NCBI GenBank assembly: GCA_963676795.2
Contig: CAXXTB010000002.1
Span: 864,001 to 928,000 of the forward strand
DNA from: Geopsychrobacteraceae bacterium
GTDB taxonomy: Bacteria; Desulfobacterota; Desulfuromonadia; Desulfuromonadales; Geopsychrobacteraceae
DNA: 64,000 nucleotides
Reading direction: 5' to 3'
Position numbers and translations under genes: made by a program
Part shown: in pieces, positions 58,395-64,000 of the stretch
Layout: each line of letters opens with the position of its first letter
Numbering within the stretch: the stretch's first letter is position 1
The notes under the pieces: model-generated
What the model was told of the DNA's origin: nothing
Database searches by the model: none
What the model saw: the letters and a program-made list of their open reading frames with translations, nothing else

Positions 58395-61337
58395 GTGATG
58401 AAACATGTGGGAGCCACATTTATTTATCTGATCAAGCTATTCCAAGGGCATTCCAGCCGCTTGATGCTCTCCTTTCTGCTGGTGGCTCTGATTCCTCTGG
58501 CCCTTGTCGTCTATATCAATTCCAATGCAACGCGTGATGCCCTGGAGAAGGAGGCCTATAACGCTCTCTATGCCGCAGCATCGCATACGGCTCTGCGCCT
58601 GGACAATTTTATCGACAACAACCTGAAAATGCTTGAGACCGAAGCCCGACTTCGGGACTTTACCGGTTATCTGCAACTTCCCGCAACCCAGGCGAGCCTC
58701 TATCTGTCTGATCGCGTTAGACCTCTGCTCAGATCGCTGATGCAGAAAGATCCCACGTTTATCGATTCCTACGCCTTACTCGACATCAGCGGACGCAGCG
58801 TTGTTGATACCGACCGCCGGCGTCAGGGACAGGACTTCTCTTCCCGAACGTTCTTTCAGAAAGCGTTGGAAAGCGGCTTGCCCTCTGTTTCCAATGTTGA
58901 GTTTGAGAAAAACGACCAGGCCCTGCTGTTTTTCAGCAGTCCGGTTTTTGATGTCAAAGGTCGGATCATCGGTGTTCTGCTGGCCCGCTACAGCGCGGCG
59001 ATTCTTCACCAGCTGCTGATACAGGATACCGGGCTGGTCGGCAGCCGCTCCTTCGCTATGCTGACCAACGAGCATTCGCTGCTGCTGGGCTACGGACTCT
59101 ACCCCTACGTCGGTGTCCGGGACCTGCTCTATCAGCCGACTTTTAAGATCAGTGACAGCAGGACCAGAGACCTGCGAGCGAGGCTACTGCTGCCGGCAAC
59201 TGTTGAGTCAGAAGGGCTGACGCAGTTTGCTGAACTGTCGACCCGGCTGGAGTCGGTCAACCAGGCTCATCCCTTCTTCATTGCCCAATTGCCGGGGACA
59301 GGGGGAAGTCAGGATGATTACGCTGCGGCGATGGTTGAATTGCACACCGTCTCCTGGCGGATACTGTTTTTTCAGCCGAGCAGTGTCTTCAACGGTCCAG
59401 CCCGGGAACAGCTCTATCAGTCGGTTTACCCGGCACTGGGGCTGGCCTTGATGATCGTTGTCACGGCGCTGGGCTGGGCCTACTGGTTGTCCCGGCCGTT
59501 GAAGGATCTGACGGAAACGGCGCAACGGATTGCTGACGGAGACCTTTCGGCCAAAAGCCGGATGGCCCTGAACAGTGGTCAGGAGATCGGAGTGCTGGCG
59601 CGCTCCTTTGACCAGATGACAGCGCAGCTGCGGCGGCGGATCGATCTGGAAGCGCTGATCTCAGATATTTCACGGCAGTTTGTCGCCCTGGAAAGCCCCT
59701 CCATCGAGGAGACCGTCAACACTGTCCTGAAGCAGCTCAGCACATACCTGGGCGCTGACAGGGCGTTTGTCATGCAGGTTGACGCTGAAGACAGGTCCAG
59801 ACTGATTATGACCGGATACTGGTGCGGCAGTGAGACGAACGCGGGTGCTGACTCTGCATCGCCTGCAGCCCTGGAGATTCTGGCGCATCCCAGCCTCTAC
59901 GCACTGTTCAAACGGGGGGAGCAATTGCGCTTTGCCACGCTCACTGAGGCGCCACTGCCTGAGGATGAAAAAGGTTTCTGGGCCAGGCGCGGTGCGCAGG
60001 CCGTGCTCTGCAGCGGCCTGACGGCCGGACATGATTTCGGCGGTATTCTGGGGCTGGAGGTCATATCGAAGAAACGCCCCTGGAGCGAATCCGACTGCTA
60101 CCTGGTACGTATAACGGCGGAAATTCTCAGCCGGGCTCTGGAGCATCGGCATATCGAAGAACAGAAAAAGATTCTGGAGAGCCAGTTACAGCAGTCTGCC
60201 AAGCTGGAAGCGGTCGGCACACTGGCCGGCGGGATCGCCCATGATTTTAACAACCTGTTGCAGGGCATCTCCGGCTACCTGCAGTTGCTGCTGTTCAAGA
60301 AGGAGGAGGGTGATCCCGACCGTGAGACGCTGATAAAGGCAGAAGCCGCAACGACACGGGCGGCAGCACTGGTCCGGCGGATGATGGCCTTCAGCCGCAA
60401 GGTTGATGTCGAGCGCGGGGCGGTCGGGATTGACAGCGTGGTGATGACAACCCTCGACCTGCTTGAACGGGCGATCCCTAAAATGGTTGAGATCGAACTG
60501 CAGCTTGCCCCGGATCTGCCCCAGGTGATGACCGATGCCAATCAGCTGGAGCAGATCATCGTCAACCTGGTCAATAATTCTGTCGATGCCATGAACGGTT
60601 CGGGGCATCTGACGATTTCAGCTCAGGTTGTGAGCCTGGCGGCTGAGTCAGCCGAACTGCCTCTGGCTGCAGGGGATTACGTGAAGCTGTCGGTCACCGA
60701 TACCGGCTCTGGTATGGACGAAGCGACCAAACAGAGAATTTTCGAGCCCTTTTTCACCACCAAGGAGGTCGGTCGCGGAACCGGGCTGGGGTTGGCGACC
60801 TCCTATTCCATCGTCAAGGCGCATAACGGATTTATCGATTGTGTCAGCGCTCCGGGGGAGGGGACCCGTTTCGATATCTATCTGCCGGTCGCGGATGCGA
60901 ACAGCGTTACGGTTGCGGGACAGGATGATCCCGGCGAACTCCGACGCGGTGATGAACGGATCCTGATCGTTGATGATGAAGAGACGCTGCGAAATCTGAC
61001 CAAAGATTTTCTGGAAAATCTGGGCTATCAACTGGAAACAGCAGAGAGTGCCGAGGCCGCTCTGGAACTCTGCAGCCGTGAAGACCATCCTTATCGATTG
61101 ATTCTGATGGATCTGGGGATGCCGGGAATCGGCGGAGAGGCCGGGCTGGCCAAATTGCGCGAGATCGATCGAGAGACCCCGGTGCTGGTCGCCTCCGGTT
61201 ATACCGGTCACCGGGTTTCTGCCGATCCGCAAGCCTTCGGGGCGCAGGGCTTTATCACCAAACCATACAACCTGATCCGGCTGTCGCGGGTTGTCAGGCA
61301 GCTACTCGATGAGAGGACTGTGAAGGGTGATGGGTGA
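58395..61337 (+). CDS. Hybrid sensor histidine kinase (Cache-HAMP-GAF-HisKA-HATPase-REC)
   Basis: Two TM; HAMP; GTLAGGIAHDFNNLL; N, D/F, G boxes; IVDDEE..MDLGMP receiver. Confidence 0.93.
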   Translation: MMKHVGATFIYLIKLFQGHSSRLMLSFLLVALIPLALVVYINSNATRDALEKEAYNALYAAASHTALRLDNFIDNNLKMLETEARLRDFTGYLQLPATQASLYLSDRVRPLLRSLMQKDPTFIDSYALLDISGRSVVDTDRRRQGQDFSSRTFFQKALESGLPSVSNVEFEKNDQALLFFSSPVFDVKGRIIGVLLARYSAAILHQLLIQDTGLVGSRSFAMLTNEHSLLLGYGLYPYVGVRDLLYQPTFKISDSRTRDLRARLLLPATVESEGLTQFAELSTRLESVNQAHPFFIAQLPGTGGSQDDYAAAMVELHTVSWRILFFQPSSVFNGPAREQLYQSVYPALGLALMIVVTALGWAYWLSRPLKDLTETAQRIADGDLSAKSRMALNSGQEIGVLARSFDQMTAQLRRRIDLEALISDISRQFVALESPSIEETVNTVLKQLSTYLGADRAFVMQVDAEDRSRLIMTGYWCGSETNAGADSASPAALEILAHPSLYALFKRGEQLRFATLTEAPLPEDEKGFWARRGAQAVLCSGLTAGHDFGGILGLEVISKKRPWSESDCYLVRITAEILSRALEHRHIEEQKKILESQLQQSAKLEAVGTLAGGIAHDFNNLLQGISGYLQLLLFKKEEGDPDRETLIKAEAATTRAAALVRRMMAFSRKVDVERGAVGIDSVVMTTLDLLERAIPKMVEIELQLAPDLPQVMTDANQLEQIIVNLVNNSVDAMNGSGHLTISAQVVSLAAESAELPLAAGDYVKLSVTDTGSGMDEATKQRIFEPFFTTKEVGRGTGLGLATSYSIVKAHNGFIDCVSAPGEGTRFDIYLPVADANSVTVAGQDDPGELRRGDERILIVDDEETLRNLTKDFLENLGYQLETAESAEAALELCSREDHPYRLILMDLGMPGIGGEAGLAKLREIDRETPVLVASGYTGHRVSADPQAFGAQGFITKPYNLIRLSRVVRQLLDERTVKGDG

Positions 61338-61385
61338 AGGTGGTGCGTTTTTGACGCTTGCTGTCGTTTCTGCGATAAAAAAATC

Positions 61386-61413
61386 TAAATTCCTCTGATC
61401 AAGCCGTCGATAA
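61386..61413 (+). promoter_or_regulatory. Candidate sigma28 (FliA) promoter
   Basis: TAAA-N16-GTCGATAA versus the consensus TAAA-N15/16-GCCGATAA. Confidence 0.5.
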
Positions 61414-61468
61414 GTAACCGCCAAGTCTACCCTCCCTTCCGGCACAGCCCTTTGGACCGTCACGGAGG

Positions 61469-62578
61469 ATGGCCATGATTATTCAAAGTTCTCAGATCGC
61501 CATGGCGAGTCAGCGTCAGGCAACCAGGTATGAAGAGGAAACGGAAAGCCTCAACTACTGGAACAATTCTGCAAGCGAAGACGATGCCCAGAAGGCGGTG
61601 GCGGGCCTGCAGATCAAAAGCGATACGATCACCATTTCCCACCAGCAAACCGAGCAGCTCTCCATTTCCCAGATTCAGACCCCGACACCGGTCAAACGGG
61701 TCGAAAAGAGCGACGAACTGGAGTTCGAAGAGGATCTCAGGCACGGCTGGAAGCTGAATCTGCTGCGCCGCCTTGTTTCGCAACTGACCGGTAAGGAGAT
61801 CAAGCTGTTCAAAGCCAGCGATTTCATGGACGATGACCAGAGCGTTGCCCCGCCAGATGGCCAGGCTCCGGTTACTGAGCCGACAGCACAACAACAGGCT
61901 CCGGAGCTGGAAGGCTGGGGGCTGAGCTATCATTATCAGCACAGCACCTATGAGAGCGAACGGACCAGCTTTGCCGCCCAGGGAAGTGTCACCACCGCTG
62001 ACGGCCGCGAGATCAATCTCAACATCGGCCTGACCATGAGTCGCGAGTTTTTCAGTCAGGAAGTGATCGATCTGCGCGCCGGTGATGCACTGAAGGATCC
62101 GCTGGTGCTCAATTTCTCCGGGACGGCTGCCCAGCTTGAAGAGACCGATCTGCAGTTCGATATCGATCTTGACGGGACGGCTGATCAGCTGAAATTCGTC
62201 TCGGCCGGCAGCGGTTTCCTGGCCCTCGACAGGAACGTAGACGGCCAGATCAATGACGGCAGTGAGCTGTTCGGGCCATCGAGCGGTGACGGCTTTGCCG
62301 AACTCGCGGCCTACGACAGCGACGGCAACAACTGGATCGACGAGAACGATGCGATCTACGACCGGTTGCGCATCTGGGAACGGAATGCGCAAGGGGAATA
62401 CAGCCTGCTGGCGCTCGGACAGCGCGGTGTGGGGGCGATCTATCTCGACCGGGTGGCGACGGAATTTTCAATCAATGACGAGCAGAACAACCAACTCGGC
62501 GCGGTGCGGACAACCGGACTCTTCCTCCAGGAGAACGGACTGGCCGGGACGGTTCAGCAGCTGGATCTGGTGGTCTAG
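61469..62578 (+). CDS. Hypothetical protein with DPLV / DxDxDG Ca-binding-like repeats (VCBS-like)
   Basis: GGAGG RBS; DPLVLNF, FDIDLDG, LALDRN.DG.INDGSELFG, YDSDGNNWIDENDAIY, QQLDL. Confidence 0.8.
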   Translation: MAMIIQSSQIAMASQRQATRYEEETESLNYWNNSASEDDAQKAVAGLQIKSDTITISHQQTEQLSISQIQTPTPVKRVEKSDELEFEEDLRHGWKLNLLRRLVSQLTGKEIKLFKASDFMDDDQSVAPPDGQAPVTEPTAQQQAPELEGWGLSYHYQHSTYESERTSFAAQGSVTTADGREINLNIGLTMSREFFSQEVIDLRAGDALKDPLVLNFSGTAAQLEETDLQFDIDLDGTADQLKFVSAGSGFLALDRNVDGQINDGSELFGPSSGDGFAELAAYDSDGNNWIDENDAIYDRLRIWERNAQGEYSLLALGQRGVGAIYLDRVATEFSINDEQNNQLGAVRTTGLFLQENGLAGTVQQLDLVV

Positions 62579-62737
62579 GAGGCAACAATGCCTGGCAACG
62601 GTTGTTTTATGAATCCAAGCCGGGAACCGGCTTTGCGACTGCGCGAATCGAGGCGCGTAGCGCCGCGTCTGAGCGTGCAGAGAATAGCAGCTCTAAAGCT
62701 ACGAAGAACATCCTGAAGAATTTTCGTCAGTGATTTC

Positions 62738-63059
62738 AAAAAGTTTTCTTATATGTTACGTTTTCTTTGTCACCACAAAGAAAATGAACCCGGCTGGCGG
62801 GCCGGGACCCGCCGGTGTTGGTTCTGATGTTTGTTGATGTTGTTTTTTTAAGATCAAAACCTCGGGGTCGCGGCCCCGAACGCCGCCATACTTTTTGTAA
62901 GGGCTGAAAAAAAGTATGCAAAAAACAGCCTTTTTACATTGTCGACAGTGTTTCTGCGTCTCTGCGGAGCATCCCGCCAGCACCTGAAAACGCGCCCAAC
63001 GATGGGCTTTGCCCATCTGACGGGCAGAATCGCAAAAACTCCGCTAGCGGAGTTTCGAT
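62738..63059 (-). repeat. Structured ~320-nt intergenic repeat, copy 2
   Basis: Reverse complement aligns with 17716-18033. Confidence 0.85.
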
Positions 63060-63242
63060 GGAAATTTGTGGAAACAAGCCTTCATTCGCGATCTGAGTTT
63101 TGTCACCCACCAGGCAGTCTTAGAGCTGCACTTGCTCGTGTGCCCTGAGAAAGATCAAGCGCTCCAACGGTTTTTTGTGCTAGGATCATAGCGCTTTACC
63201 GACACTGTATTAATCCCGACTGCTTGTGAGAGTGAACTGTCC

Positions 63243-64000
63243 ATGCTGCTGAATTACCTGGCTCTGCTTAAGGAAATCGGTGTTTTAGATCTGTTCGATA
63301 TCTGTGCCTCTGCCTGTGTGCTGTGGTTCGGTTTTACTGTCTTTCAGTTCCGCCGGACCTGGAAGATCGGTGCCGGGCTGGTCTGTTACGGGCTGATTCT
63401 CCTGATTGCCAGTGAACTGGAACTGGCCCTGACCTATCGGCTTCTCCAGGGGCTCTTTGCGGTTGTCGTCCTGGTGGTTGTCGTTGTGTATCAGAACGAA
63501 CTGCGCCGGGTGCTCAAGGAACTGACCCAGATGTTCTTTGCCCGGAACCGGGCGCCGCTCTGGCATGGCAGCGTCTCCGAGCTGCTGGTCAAGGTGGCCT
63601 ATGAACTCTCGGCGCGGCGCTGGGGTGCGCTGATCGTTCTACCGGGACGGATCGAGCTTGAAACGCTGATTACCGAGGGCTTCAAGCTCGATGGGGTGAT
63701 CAACCGCCCGTTGCTGATGAGTCTGTTCGATCCTCATTCGCCAGGGCATGACGGCGCTCTGGTGGTACGCGGCGAACGGATCGAGCTGTTCGGCAGCCGC
63801 CTGCCGCTGACAGAGCGTGATGAACAGTTGAACGAAAAGGGGACGCGCCACGCTGCCGCCGTCGGCCTGACGGAGAAATGCGATGCGTTGGTGCTGGTCG
63901 TCTCCGAGGAGAGCGGCAATATCTCGATCGCCCGCGAGGGAAACCTCAACCTGATTGCCGACAGTCAGTCCCTGTTGTCGGAACTGCGCGAGTTCCGCCG
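63243..64000 (+). CDS. Diadenylate cyclase (CdaA/DacA-type), runs off the window end
   Basis: Translated by hand from ATG 63243: three N-terminal TM, YQNELRR, GALIV, SPGHDGA, GTRHAAA, VVSEESG. Confidence 0.88.
   Translation, partial: MLLNYLALLKEIGVLDLFDICASACVLWFGFTVFQFRRTWKIGAGLVCYGLILLIASELELALTYRLLQGLFAVVVLVVVVVYQNELRRVLKELTQMFFARNRAPLWHGSVSELLVKVAYELSARRWGALIVLPGRIELETLITEGFKLDGVINRPLLMSLFDPHSPGHDGALVVRGERIELFGSRLPLTERDEQLNEKGTRHAAAVGLTEKCDALVLVVSEESGNISIAREGNLNLIADSQSLLSELREFR

Overview
64 kb of a moderately GC-rich bacterial chromosome. Gene content and intergenic repeats suggest a deltaproteobacterium of the Desulfuromonadales/Desulfuromonadia type (inference). Recognisable content: metK; aguA-aguB-mntP-cyclophilin; two GGDEF-EAL proteins and a REC-HDOD protein; glpX; a complete hoxEFUYH-W bidirectional [NiFe] hydrogenase operon; tctCBA; msrB; several transporters; a SWIM-SNF2 helicase broken by an out-of-frame internal deletion; a complete 2001-nt group II intron with RT/maturase; a MoxR-DUF58-DUF4381-VWA-VWA/TPR-BatD operon; a solute-binding protein plus hybrid histidine kinase; and a truncated diadenylate cyclase at the right edge that the ORF track misses. 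The least explained parts are: (1) an uncharacterised three-gene envelope operon (beta-barrel plus two exported proteins sharing an NTF2-like domain); (2) a ~320-nt non-coding element present twice, with compensatory base changes and a possible pseudoknot; (3) a family of 9-10-nt-period palindromic intergenic repeats, one of which is the intron target (EBS1/IBS1 match visible); (4) an AT-rich L,D-transpeptidase-like gene plus periplasmic partner flanked by those repeats; (5) a membrane-targeted small ORF ending in RPPP directly upstream of the MoxR/Bat operon. All calls come from reading motifs by eye; no database searches were run.
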